Shown piece by piece: positions 51,587-61,346 of a stretch of 64,000 nucleotides of DNA (positions are counted from its first letter, which is position 1; each line of letters starts with the position of its first letter). A model generated the notes under the pieces. The model did not search any database. It was not told the origin of the DNA and saw only the letters and a program-made list of their open reading frames with translations. A program made the translations under genes and the position numbers. The stretch comes from an uncultured Vampirovibrio sp. (GTDB lineage: Bacteria > Cyanobacteriota > Vampirovibrionia > Gastranaerophilales > Gastranaerophilaceae): the NCBI GenBank assembly GCA_910577395.1, contig CAJTLG010000006.1, forward strand, positions 79,946 through 143,945. Direction: 5' to 3'.

Positions 51587-52186
51587 ATGAATTACATCTG
51601 GGGCGGATTAATAATAATTTCAATAGTTTTTGGTGCAATAAACGGCAAACTGGATGATGTGGTAAACGCTATGCTGTCATCTGTACAAAATGCCGTAACG
51701 ATTGCAATAGCACTAATTGGCATTATGGCATTCTGGCTTGGTATGACACATATTGCCCTTAAAAGCGGCCTTATTGATTGGTTTTCAAAACTTATAAGCC
51801 CCCTTTTAAGATTAATTTTTAACGAGCTCCCAAAAGACAGCCCCGCATATTCTAATATCGCGCTAAATTTCAGTGCAAACGCACTTGGGCTTGCAAATGC
51901 AGCAACGCCTTTCGGTATAAAAGCAATGCAAGATTTAAAAGAGGAAGCAATAAAAGCAGGTAAGCCAAAAGATACTGCAACAAATTCCATGTGTATATTT
52001 TTAGGAATGAACACGGCAGGCTTTCAGCTAATCCCTGCAAGTGTTATTGCAATTTTAACAGCAGCGGGTGCAGTTAACCCTGCAAAAATTATTCTGCCGA
52101 CCCTTATTGTAACAAGCATAGCCTTTATAAGTGCCATTATAATTGCACGCCTGCTTGCACCTTTTTTTAAGGAGGGTGCAAAATGA
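51587..52186 (+). CDS. spmA: nucleoside-recognition (Gate) domain membrane protein, SpmA-like
   Basis: 199 aa. 'MNYIWGGLIIISIVFGAINGK...' and 'ALGLANAATPFGIKAM' fit spore-maturation-protein-A-type Gate domain proteins. Paired with a SpmB-like gene. Confidence 0.7.
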   Translation: MNYIWGGLIIISIVFGAINGKLDDVVNAMLSSVQNAVTIAIALIGIMAFWLGMTHIALKSGLIDWFSKLISPLLRLIFNELPKDSPAYSNIALNFSANALGLANAATPFGIKAMQDLKEEAIKAGKPKDTATNSMCIFLGMNTAGFQLIPASVIAILTAAGAVNPAKIILPTLIVTSIAFISAIIIARLLAPFFKEGAK

Positions 52187-52716
52187 AAGAAATTTTAAAC
52201 CTTGTATCAATCTGGATTTTACCCGCCATAATACTTATAATTTTAATCAATGCCTTTATAAAAAAGGTGCCCGTGTATGAAACATTCACGGAAGGCGCAA
52301 AAGAAGGCTTTTCTTTAAGTGTTAAAATAATCCCCTATCTTGTTGCCATTATGGCGGCAGTTTCAATGCTGCGTGCGTCCGGTGCGATAGAATGGATAGC
52401 GGAAACCTTAAAAACCCCGCTTGAATATTTTAATATACCTGCCGATACTCTTCCGCTTATGCTTACGCGTTCATTATCAGGCGGTGCCACACTTGGCGTG
52501 TTCTCGGATATTGTTGAAGCTAACGGTGCAAACTCTTACGCTGCAAGCTTTGCTGCAGTTATAACGGGAAGCTCTGAAACAACATTTTACGTTTTAAGTG
52601 TTTATTTTGGCGCGGTGGGCATTAAAAAATTTCGCCACGCTGTACTTACGGGGGTTTTTGCCGATATAATCGGCATTGTCGCCGCAATAATTGTGTGCAG
52701 ATGGTGGTTTTTGTGA
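52183..52716 (+). CDS. spmB: nucleoside-recognition (Gate) domain membrane protein, SpmB-like
   Basis: 177 aa. 'VYETFTEGAKEGF', 'PADTLPLMLTRSLSGGA', 'TGSSETTFYVLSVYFG'. 4-nt overlap with the preceding gene. Confidence 0.7.
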   Translation: MKEILNLVSIWILPAIILIILINAFIKKVPVYETFTEGAKEGFSLSVKIIPYLVAIMAAVSMLRASGAIEWIAETLKTPLEYFNIPADTLPLMLTRSLSGGATLGVFSDIVEANGANSYAASFAAVITGSSETTFYVLSVYFGAVGIKKFRHAVLTGVFADIIGIVAAIIVCRWWFL

Positions 52717-52730
52717 TATAAAACTATATT

Positions 52731-53273
52731 TTATTCAAAATATCCGATATATGGGATATTGCGGTAAAGTTCGTTATAATCAAGCCCAAACCCGACAATA
52801 AATTTATCATCCACATCAAGTGCATAAAAATCGGGTGAAATATCGTATTTTCTGGCACATTTTTTATCACACATAACGGCAAGCTTTACATCTTTTGCCC
52901 TGCATTTTGTTTCTATAAAATCAAGTAAAAACTTAAGTGTCAGCCCTGTATCCATAATATCTTCAACTACAAGTACATTTTTATTTTCAAGAGGCGGAAG
53001 GGAAAGATTTAAAGCAGAAACCCTGCCTGAAGATTTTTCACCCGCCCCATAGCTTGAAAGACTCACAAATTCCATTCTGACAGGCATTTTAAGATATTTA
53101 GAAAGCTCCGCAAAAAACATAACAGCCCCTTTAAGTACGCAAACCACTGTCAGCTCTTCATTTTCCGAATAATTTGAAGAATAATATTTGTTTATTTCAT
53201 CTGCAAGATTTTTTATTTTTTCAGTTAGTTCATCTTTGTCAATTAAGGTTTTAAGCTCTTTTATGTTTTTCAT
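52731..53273 (-). CDS. hpt: hypoxanthine phosphoribosyltransferase
   Basis: 180 aa. PRPP motif 'VLVVEDIMDTGLTL', and 'FIVGFGLDYNELYRNIPYIG'. Confidence 0.94.
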   Translation of the reverse strand: MKNIKELKTLIDKDELTEKIKNLADEINKYYSSNYSENEELTVVCVLKGAVMFFAELSKYLKMPVRMEFVSLSSYGAGEKSSGRVSALNLSLPPLENKNVLVVEDIMDTGLTLKFLLDFIETKCRAKDVKLAVMCDKKCARKYDISPDFYALDVDDKFIVGFGLDYNELYRNIPYIGYFE

Positions 53274-53282
53274 AATCCTTGT

Positions 53283-54248
53283 TTACCCCCTGTTATCCTT
53301 CCTGTACAAAAAAACAGTACCCTTCCACACCTTTAAGAAAGTATCCGTATTAACGGAAAGTATAGAATCTTCATTATCAACAATAAAATTTTGAATTTTC
53401 AAAATATTCTTAAAATCCCTGTTTTTTAAAATACCCTTAAAATATCTGGATAAAATCTCCCGCTGCAAAGCAGGTTTCAGCTTTAAAAATTCTTCCCTTA
53501 TAATAGTGGGGCGTTTATAGTGCCAACTTTCAGAATTTTTTTCAAATATTTTTTTTTCAACATCCGCCATATAATCATCTATAATTTCCGTGTTTTCAGA
53601 GGCTAGCCGAATTAAAGATGATATGGAATTCAACACGGTATCATTTATCTGCTGCATTTGTGGCAAAATATTTTGGCGGATAAAATTCCTTTTATACTTG
53701 GTATCACTGTTTGATTTATCTTCCCTAAACAAAATATTGTGCTTTTTTGCAAATTTTTCAATCTCCATGCGGGAAAAATCCAGCAGGGGGCGATAATAAG
53801 GATGCCGGATTTTCGGGATAGATGAAAGCCCTGAAACCCCAGTCCCTTTAATCACCCTATAAATAAGGGTTTCAACATTATCATTTTTATTATGGGCAAG
53901 AAAACAAACATCCGAATTAAATTTATTTAAAGCCTCTTCAAAAAAATCATACCTTGCATCCCTGGCCTCAAGCTCTGTTTTTTTAACATCATCTTCAAGC
54001 GTCTTTGTATAAAATCCGCACCCTGCCTCATCTGCAAGGTTTTGCACAAATTCTAAATCCTTTAATGATTCTTCCCCGCGCCAGTTATGGTTTAGGTGAA
54101 TAACCTTTAAATCAAGGCTAAATTCTTTTTTAAGGCTGTTTAAAATATAAAACAGAACACAGCTGTCCACCCCGCCTGATACTGCAGCAAGAACGGTTTT
54201 ATCCTTGATATTATTTTCTTTAAGAAATTTAGTAACTTCTTTCATCAT
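53283..54248 (-). CDS. tilS: tRNA(Ile)-lysidine synthetase (short form)
   Basis: 321 aa. PP-loop 'AAVSGGVDSCVL', 'HLNHNWRGEES', 'LAHNKNDNVET'. Conserved tilS-hpt adjacency. Confidence 0.9.
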   Translation of the reverse strand: MMKEVTKFLKENNIKDKTVLAAVSGGVDSCVLFYILNSLKKEFSLDLKVIHLNHNWRGEESLKDLEFVQNLADEAGCGFYTKTLEDDVKKTELEARDARYDFFEEALNKFNSDVCFLAHNKNDNVETLIYRVIKGTGVSGLSSIPKIRHPYYRPLLDFSRMEIEKFAKKHNILFREDKSNSDTKYKRNFIRQNILPQMQQINDTVLNSISSLIRLASENTEIIDDYMADVEKKIFEKNSESWHYKRPTIIREEFLKLKPALQREILSRYFKGILKNRDFKNILKIQNFIVDNEDSILSVNTDTFLKVWKGTVFLYRKDNRG

Positions 54249-55207
54249 ACCTTGCTGTATTTTTCTGTTCCTCTTAAAAGCTCTTCCGCCATAATAATCG
54301 CCTCATTGGTATTTGTACCGTTTATAAGATTTCTTGCATATGTGCCATACCCTATAATTGGCATTTTTGCACCGTTTAAAATTTCATCCTCTATTGTTTC
54401 ATACAGCATTTTTGGCGTTTTGGCATTTGTACCGCCTGAAATAATCAAATTAAACCCGTAAGGGATAAGCTCTTTTGCAAACAAAATACACTCAAGCGTA
54501 GACTCTACATCCTTCGCGCCGCCATTCATAGATGCACCATCTGCCTGCACAAAAAATCTGCCCTTGGGGTTTGAAATTTCATACAAACCTCTTAATTCTT
54601 TAAGTAAATCAATAACATTATTCAGCGAAAACTGTTTTTTATTCACACACACACTGATATCACCTTTAAAAACAGAAAGTATATCTTTAAAGTCACGAAT
54701 AATTTGCTTTTTATCAGAAACAGAAGCATGCAGCTCAACCATATCAGGAATTACATCGGCATCAACAAGGCTGTTTAGCGATACAATACCGCTGTTTCCA
54801 TATTCAAAAGAAATTGCATAACAATTCATTGCCTTTTTGCAAAACCCACACCCTATGCATTTTTTATTATCAACTTCACATTTGCCGGTTTTTTTATTTT
54901 TGGATATTGCAAATTGAGGACAGTTTTTTAAACAAATGGCACACCCTGAACATACGCTTTCGCTGATATGCGCCTTTCTTCCATGGATATCCCCTAATGT
55001 TGCAACAGAAACACATAATGTAAATTCATCAACATTATACCCCGCCTTCACCAGGCATCTTTTTAAATCAGGTAACACCCCGGGCGCAATATCAAAAAAC
55101 CTCACGCCGGCATGTGCATATAAAAGCGCCATATCAAAGGCGCTTTTAATATCCTGGTTACCAAGCCCTAAAATGAGCTTGAATTTTACATTATCATCCA
55201 AAAACAT
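54245..55207 (-). CDS. 2x[4Fe-4S] ferredoxin-domain protein, LdpA-like
   Basis: Two cluster motifs, 'CSGCAICLKNCP' and 'CIGCGFCKKAMNC'. The N-terminal 'KLILGLGNQD...MALLYAHAGVRFFDIAPG' resembles what I recall of cyanobacterial LdpA. The Fe-S call is solid; the LdpA call is tentative. Confidence 0.5.
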   Translation of the reverse strand: MFLDDNVKFKLILGLGNQDIKSAFDMALLYAHAGVRFFDIAPGVLPDLKRCLVKAGYNVDEFTLCVSVATLGDIHGRKAHISESVCSGCAICLKNCPQFAISKNKKTGKCEVDNKKCIGCGFCKKAMNCYAISFEYGNSGIVSLNSLVDADVIPDMVELHASVSDKKQIIRDFKDILSVFKGDISVCVNKKQFSLNNVIDLLKELRGLYEISNPKGRFFVQADGASMNGGAKDVESTLECILFAKELIPYGFNLIISGGTNAKTPKMLYETIEDEILNGAKMPIIGYGTYARNLINGTNTNEAIIMAEELLRGTEKYSKV

Positions 55208-55226
55208 TTTCTAAAAATACTGCTTT

Positions 55227-56486
55227 CTAATCGGGCAGCGTACCTTTTACAACGGCGGCCTCGGCTCCGTCAAGCTCAAACACTTTGCATAGCGCCTGCA
55301 CTGCTTTTTTGCCGTCAAATTTTTCAACAAGACAGCTTATCTTGATTTCACTTGTTGCAATCATTTTGATATTTACATTTTCTTTTGCAAGCGTTTCAAA
55401 CATTGTTGATGCTATACCGGGCCTGTCTATCATGCCGGCACCCACAATTGAAACCTTTGCTATATCTTCATCAATATGCACATTGCTTGGATTCATAAGG
55501 TTCATAATGTCCTCTTTAACAGCACAGAACCTTGTTAAGTCATCTTTATCAATGGTAAATGCTATATCGTTAGTATTATTATGACTTCTTGCGTAAGATT
55601 GAATAATCATATCAACCGAAAGATTATTTTTTGCAAGAAGCGTAAACAGTTTGCCGGCATTCCCCGGTTTATCGGGCACATCACAAATTACAACCCTGAC
55701 CTGGGAATTATCGCAGGCTACCCCTGTAACCGGTTTATAAATTTCCATATCTTCAACTCCTATTATTAAAGTTCCTAAATCATCAAGCTTAAACGAGCTT
55801 CTAAGCCTCATCGGCACACCAAATTGTTTTGCTGTTTCAACACTTCTTGGATGCAATACATTTGCGCCTACACGAGCAAGTTCAAGCATTTCTTCATAAG
55901 AAATTTCTTTCAATTTTTGTGCCGTAGGCACAACCCTGGGGTCGGTTGTATAAATCCCTTCTACATCAGAATATATATCACACCTGTCTACCTTCATTGC
56001 AGCGGCTATCGCAACAGCAGATGTATCAGAACCGCCTCTTCCGAGGGTTGTAATCTCACCTTTTTTGGTAACTCCCTGAAAACCTGCAACAATAATGATT
56101 TTACCTTCATCAATATGTTTTTCGAGCTTATCGGTTTTAATATCCACAATCCTTGCGCGCGAATGGGTTTCTTCGGTTAAAATTCCAACCTGCTGCCCTG
56201 TCATAGAAACAGCATCATACCCCATTTCCTGAATTGCCATAGTTAAAAGGGCAATTGATACTTGCTCTCCCGTAGACATAAGCATATCCATTTCTCTGTC
56301 TGAAGGGTGCTCTGAAATTTCATGCGCAAGCTTGATAAGATTATCTGTAGTATGCCCCATGGCAGAAACCACAACTATTACATCGTTTCCAAGCTCTTTT
56401 TCCCTGACAACCGCACGTGCAACATTTTTGATTTTATCAGTATCGGCAAGCGATGTGCCTCCGAATTTTTGTACAATAACACTCAT
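55227..56486 (-). CDS. lysC: aspartate kinase
   Basis: 419 aa. 'VQKFGGTSL', 'VVVSAMG.TTD', 'GRGGSDTSA', and two C-terminal ACT-like regions. Confidence 0.95.
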   Translation of the reverse strand: MSVIVQKFGGTSLADTDKIKNVARAVVREKELGNDVIVVVSAMGHTTDNLIKLAHEISEHPSDREMDMLMSTGEQVSIALLTMAIQEMGYDAVSMTGQQVGILTEETHSRARIVDIKTDKLEKHIDEGKIIIVAGFQGVTKKGEITTLGRGGSDTSAVAIAAAMKVDRCDIYSDVEGIYTTDPRVVPTAQKLKEISYEEMLELARVGANVLHPRSVETAKQFGVPMRLRSSFKLDDLGTLIIGVEDMEIYKPVTGVACDNSQVRVVICDVPDKPGNAGKLFTLLAKNNLSVDMIIQSYARSHNNTNDIAFTIDKDDLTRFCAVKEDIMNLMNPSNVHIDEDIAKVSIVGAGMIDRPGIASTMFETLAKENVNIKMIATSEIKISCLVEKFDGKKAVQALCKVFELDGAEAAVVKGTLPD

Positions 56487-56489
56487 ACT

Positions 56490-58220
56490 TTACTCTTCTT
56501 TTTTCTCCAGCTTTTGTTTTAGCTCTTCATATTTTTCTTTAATCCACAGGTCACATTTATCTGCCCCATGGATAGAAAACATTTTATCACAAACCTCTGT
56601 TGTTGTCTTAATTAAATATTCATTTTCTTTTTCATCCTGCACTTCATCTGTTAATTTTGAATAAGCAAAGATTTTTAAAGCCAAAAATTCCTTATTATCT
56701 CCATATTTTTCTTCATATTCATTTAAAATACAAAGCGCCTCTTTTACCTTATTCATCTTAACAAGACATTCAACCTTCCCAAATACGGCAAGATGCATAT
56801 TCTTATCAAGACTGCAAACTGTTTCAAATTTTTCCATAGCTTCAAAAAATTCATTGTTTTTAAGAAGTAAAACCGCATACACAAACACAATCCTTGGATT
56901 TTTTTTATCTGCAAGATAAGCAGACCTTATTTTCCTTATCGCAGAGGCACTATCTCCATTTAACGCATAAGCATTTGCAAGATTAACTTTGGCCTCAACA
57001 TTATCCGGGTTGTATTCAACGGTTTTTTCCCAATATTTAAGAGCATTTTTATAGTCTTCTTTTTGATGATAACAATTTGCTATATTGAAATAGATATGCT
57101 TTGCATCATGGGTAGAATTTAGCGCGCGGGTAAAATATTCTATGGCACTGTCAAACTCTTTTCTTTTAAAATAATACTGTCCGATATTATAAAGGGTTAT
57201 AGTATGCTCCGGCTCTAATTCAAGGATTTTTTGCATAGTATCATATGCTTCACTGTCCATATTCATCTTTAAATAAGACATTGAAAGCCCGTAATAAGGA
57301 AAAACATTTTTGTTATCAAATTTTATAGCCTCTTTAAATTTTTCAATTGATTTTTCCCACAACTGAAAATTCTGACACGCAAGCCCCCAAGAAGAATAAA
57401 ATCTTGAATTTAAAGGCGTAATCGAAAGTGCTTTTTCGTAAACAGACAGGCATAATTTTTCTTCACGAAGGTTCATATATGCTTCCGCAAGAATAATGTA
57501 TGTATCAAGATTATCCGGAGCTATTGCCATAGCTTTTCTTGCGTATTCAACAGCATATTTATAATTTTTTATGCTGAAAAAACAATTTGCAAGATGATAA
57601 AGTGCCTCCGAATGAAAAGGTAACATAGAATTGACCTTTTGGAATTTTTCTATTGCAGCCTCAAACTCACCCATTTGTGAAAGTAGTACACCCCAAAGGA
57701 AAACTCCTTGCATATTTGAAGGATTAAAAAGACAGGCTTTTTGAAAAGCAGCATTGGCCTCTTTTTTGTAATCAAATTTAGCAAGAAAAACTGCCTGACT
57801 TATGTATGTTTGCGCATTTCTGGGGTCAATTCTTAAAGATGTGTCAAATGATTTTTTTGCGTTTTTAAAATCCGAAATTTCGCTATAAACCGTACCCAAA
57901 AGCGCATAAGCCCTTGCAGAGGCTCTATCTAACCTTATAGCTTTTTTAAAATATTCAGCTGCCTTTTCATACTCGCTATTTTTAGCTTTTAAAATACCTA
58001 TATTAATATAAGCCTCAGGGTTTCTGTATGCCATATTAAGGCTTGTTTCAAATTTCTTAAGCGCCTCTGTTGAATGCCCCTCATCTAAAAGTTTCATGCC
58101 CCAGTTTATATAGGCATTTGAAGGAAGGCCAACCTCTTTTGCGGCAGTTTTATATTTATTCACAAAGAGATTGAGTTTGTTTGCTCTAAATAAAATTTTT
58201 TTAAAAAAACTCATTCCCAT
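56490..58220 (-). CDS. tetratricopeptide (TPR) repeat protein
   Basis: 576 aa made of ~34-aa repeats with 'A...Y..AL..dP.n..a' periodicity throughout. Confidence 0.8.
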   Translation of the reverse strand: MGMSFFKKILFRANKLNLFVNKYKTAAKEVGLPSNAYINWGMKLLDEGHSTEALKKFETSLNMAYRNPEAYINIGILKAKNSEYEKAAEYFKKAIRLDRASARAYALLGTVYSEISDFKNAKKSFDTSLRIDPRNAQTYISQAVFLAKFDYKKEANAAFQKACLFNPSNMQGVFLWGVLLSQMGEFEAAIEKFQKVNSMLPFHSEALYHLANCFFSIKNYKYAVEYARKAMAIAPDNLDTYIILAEAYMNLREEKLCLSVYEKALSITPLNSRFYSSWGLACQNFQLWEKSIEKFKEAIKFDNKNVFPYYGLSMSYLKMNMDSEAYDTMQKILELEPEHTITLYNIGQYYFKRKEFDSAIEYFTRALNSTHDAKHIYFNIANCYHQKEDYKNALKYWEKTVEYNPDNVEAKVNLANAYALNGDSASAIRKIRSAYLADKKNPRIVFVYAVLLLKNNEFFEAMEKFETVCSLDKNMHLAVFGKVECLVKMNKVKEALCILNEYEEKYGDNKEFLALKIFAYSKLTDEVQDEKENEYLIKTTTEVCDKMFSIHGADKCDLWIKEKYEELKQKLEKKEE

Positions 58221-58708
58221 AAAAGCTCATCAACCATTTCACGAAAAGCACCGTTTCCGCCGGATTTTTCAGTTATTTGAACATCCTTCATCACTTTAAT
58301 TACAGGGTTTGCATTACTTGGGGCAATTTTATAATCAACACACTTAAAAGCCGCAATATCGTTTATATCATCCCCTATATATAAGACCTCACTGCTTTTA
58401 AGATTATATTTTTCCATTAATTCGGTAAGTACAATTCCTTTTTGCCGTATTCCTTTGTGGATTTCTTCAACCCCGAATTTATGACGAAAATATTCTAAAA
58501 TATCAGATGTTTCACCGGATATTATTCCAAACATAATACCTTTTTTAAGAAGCAGGCTAACCCCCATAATATCAACAAAATTAACGCTTTTTTGCTGTTT
58601 AAGATTTTCATCAATTAAAAATGTACCGTCAGTAAAGACACCGTCAAAATCCGAAACAACCATTTTTATATCTTTTGAAAGCTTTAATTTTCTCTTAATA
58701 CCGGACAT
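58211..58708 (-). CDS. kdsC: 3-deoxy-D-manno-octulosonate 8-phosphate phosphatase (HAD-IIIA, YrbI family)
   Basis: 165 aa. 'VVSDFDGVFTDG', 'IISGETS', 'YIGDDINDI', 'GGNGAFREMVDELL'. Confidence 0.8.
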   Translation of the reverse strand: MSGIKRKLKLSKDIKMVVSDFDGVFTDGTFLIDENLKQQKSVNFVDIMGVSLLLKKGIMFGIISGETSDILEYFRHKFGVEEIHKGIRQKGIVLTELMEKYNLKSSEVLYIGDDINDIAAFKCVDYKIAPSNANPVIKVMKDVQITEKSGGNGAFREMVDELLWE

Positions 58709-58712
58709 AACC

Positions 58713-59123
58713 TTAATTCCTGAAATTAGACTTTATTACATCTGAGATGAACGGCAGGTATGAATATTTTCCTAAAACCGCACCAAATGAAAGATACACT
58801 AAAAATAAAAATATTACAAAATGAATAAGTGAAAATGTAAAATATATGGGCGTTCTTACAAGATAAACATAAGCATACTGTATAAAACTACCTATATATG
58901 GGATTTGGGATGTAAAAGAATAAGCAATATCAAAAAACATCCCTAAAACCGCAAGAATTACCGCAATAAATATTGATTGATAAATATGATAAGCGCAAAA
59001 TTGGGTCACTGTTTTTTTAAAAATCAAAAATGACGCTATAAGCCAAATTAGCCCCGCCATGCCAAAGGTAAAATATGTAGCAACCGAAACAAATCTGTCC
59101 CACAAGGATACACTCTGCCTCAT
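58713..59123 (-). CDS. small polytopic membrane protein, possibly Tic20/DUF4870-like
   Basis: 136 aa with about 4 TM segments. 'FCAYHIYQSIFIAVIL' loosely resembles the Tic20-family 'RFNAMQAILLDVLL' segment. Weak assignment. Confidence 0.3.
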   Translation of the reverse strand: MRQSVSLWDRFVSVATYFTFGMAGLIWLIASFLIFKKTVTQFCAYHIYQSIFIAVILAVLGMFFDIAYSFTSQIPYIGSFIQYAYVYLVRTPIYFTFSLIHFVIFLFLVYLSFGAVLGKYSYLPFISDVIKSNFRN

Positions 59124-60202
59124 GCTCTGTTTGCCTCCTTTATCTTGCGTGAAATATATTCATTCATAATTTCAACATAGATTAGTCTTATTTCATTATT
59201 TTCAGGTGACTCACGAAGTGCCATTCTATAATATGTTATAGCATTATTTATATCTTCAAGCAGCATATACGCATTTGCAATAAATACAAATAATACTCTT
59301 CTGCCTTTCTTTTCGTCTGCCCCTACAAGTTTTATCGCCTGTTTATAAAGCCCTATTGCCTCTTTGTATCTTCTTTCATTTGTTAGAATATTTGCAAGAA
59401 GAATATACGCATTTGGTTTCATCGGGTCTATTTCAATAGCGCGCTCATATAATTCTATTGCTTTATCAATATTATTATTATCAGCAAGGGTAATAGCGAA
59501 ACATAACCAGGCGGAATAATTTTCAGGAGCAATCTTGACCGCAGCCTCAAAACATTCAACAGCTTTTTCTTCTATGCCGGCTGAAGCATAAGTATTTGCA
59601 AGGCTCAATAGTGCCTTGAAATCATCACCGTTAAATTCAAGAGCTTTTTTATAGTTTTCAACTGCTTTTTCAAAATCCCCTTCTTTTTGGTAAATATTTG
59701 CAAGATATATATAATATTCACCATTTTCAGGCTCAAGCTCTACTGCTTTTTTATAATTAGCTTTTGCGCCTTTAAGGTCATTTTTATCCTGATACAACAT
59801 TCCAATAGCGCTATATACAGCACCATTTTCAGGTCCTAATTCTATCGCTTTTTTATAATATTTTAATGCATTTATAAAATTGCCGATTTCAGCATATACA
59901 TTTCCGAGATTATATTGTATTGAGGCGTTTTCGGTATCTATTGAGGCAGCCTTCAGATACAAAGCAATGGCTTTTTCAAAATCTTTTTTATAAAAATATA
60001 TACTTCCTGAATTTATAAGCGCCTGAACGTCATCCGCAAAAACATTCAACATTTTGTTATACACAAAAAGGGCGCTGTCAAAATCACCGCCTGCCACGTA
60101 TATATTTGCAAGCTCCCTATAATTATCAATAATATCAGGGGCTTCATCAATTTTTTTTCTTAAGGTTTCTATATACTCTTTATCTTGCAAGGCGTCATCC
60201 AT
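59120..60202 (-). CDS. tetratricopeptide (TPR) repeat protein
   Basis: 360 aa of consecutive TPR units, for example 'ALKYYKKAIELGPENGAVYSAIGMLY' and 'AKANYKKAVELEPENGEYYIYLANIY'. Confidence 0.85.
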   Translation of the reverse strand: MDDALQDKEYIETLRKKIDEAPDIIDNYRELANIYVAGGDFDSALFVYNKMLNVFADDVQALINSGSIYFYKKDFEKAIALYLKAASIDTENASIQYNLGNVYAEIGNFINALKYYKKAIELGPENGAVYSAIGMLYQDKNDLKGAKANYKKAVELEPENGEYYIYLANIYQKEGDFEKAVENYKKALEFNGDDFKALLSLANTYASAGIEEKAVECFEAAVKIAPENYSAWLCFAITLADNNNIDKAIELYERAIEIDPMKPNAYILLANILTNERRYKEAIGLYKQAIKLVGADEKKGRRVLFVFIANAYMLLEDINNAITYYRMALRESPENNEIRLIYVEIMNEYISRKIKEANRA

Positions 60203-60299
60203 AAAGCTGTTTCCCGTCTGGTCTTTTAAACATTATACAACACAAATAGTAAATTTGATAACTTACTTTTTCAAACATTGTTGTAATATAATTAATGAT

Positions 60300-61292
60300 A
60301 TGAAAAATGAGAAAAAAATATTATTCATAATTGATGAAATTGAACTTAAATATTTTGAATTCAACCGTCTCATCACCAATTTTTGGCTTATAAAATGTTT
60401 TCTTGAAAGAGGCTATGAGGTTTCAATCACTGTTAAAAACCTGCTTTATTTAAACGGCAACATTCCGCTTGCAAAAATTTATCAAACAAGTGCAAGAAAT
60501 AATAATATTTTTAAATCCGAAACTGTAGATACTGTTTGCCTTAACGATTTCAGTGTAATTTTTATGCGCCCGGACCCGCCCGTTGATATTGATTATATTA
60601 ATGCAACATATATTTTAAGCTATATAAATAATCCAAAAACACTTATTATAAATTCCCCCAAGACATTAAGAGATTTTAACGAAAAACTTTATATAAATAA
60701 ATTTCCAAACCTTGCGCCTGAGAATATAGTAAGTGCAAACAAAAATATAATAAAAGAATTTTTATTCAAAAACGGGGAGATAATCATAAAACCATTGAAC
60801 AGATGTTTTTCAAGCGGCGTATTTTACCTGAATAAAGCTGATAAAAATATAAATGCAATAATAGATACCGCAACAAATAACGGTAAAACGCAGATTATGG
60901 CACAAAGATTTCTTTCAGGAATTTCAAAAGGCGATAAAAGACTTATATTTATAGGCGGCGAGATTTTTAACTACGCCGTAAGAAAAGTAGCTACAAATAA
61001 TGATTTTAAATTTAACGAGCATGTTAAGGAAAATCTTATAAAGGGTGATTTAGACGAAAGTGAAAAACTTATTGAGGGCCAAATAGCACAAACCCTGTTG
61101 GATGACGGCGTATATATGGCCGGTTTAGATGTAATTGACGGCAAAATTATTGAAATAAATATTACAAGCCCATGTTTTTTCATCAATGAAATTAATTCTC
61201 TTTATAATGTAAACTTTGAAAATATTATTACTGATAAAATATTAAATATTATAAATTCAGAAAAATCAGGGACTTGTGCCGGTATTTTATAA
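60300..61292 (+). CDS. gshB: glutathione synthetase (ATP-grasp, prokaryotic GshB type)
   Basis: Start at 'MKNEKKILFI' (330 aa). 'FMRPDPPVDIDYINATYIL', 'IIKPLNRCFSSGVFYL', 'QRFLSGISKGDKRLIFIGGE', 'GLDVIDGKIIEINITSP'. Confidence 0.7.
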   Translation: MKNEKKILFIIDEIELKYFEFNRLITNFWLIKCFLERGYEVSITVKNLLYLNGNIPLAKIYQTSARNNNIFKSETVDTVCLNDFSVIFMRPDPPVDIDYINATYILSYINNPKTLIINSPKTLRDFNEKLYINKFPNLAPENIVSANKNIIKEFLFKNGEIIIKPLNRCFSSGVFYLNKADKNINAIIDTATNNGKTQIMAQRFLSGISKGDKRLIFIGGEIFNYAVRKVATNNDFKFNEHVKENLIKGDLDESEKLIEGQIAQTLLDDGVYMAGLDVIDGKIIEINITSPCFFINEINSLYNVNFENIITDKILNIINSEKSGTCAGIL

Positions 61293-61346
61293 GAAATGTT
61301 AATTTTTGTTTAAATAAGTATTTCAGAGGCAAATTATTTTATTCAC

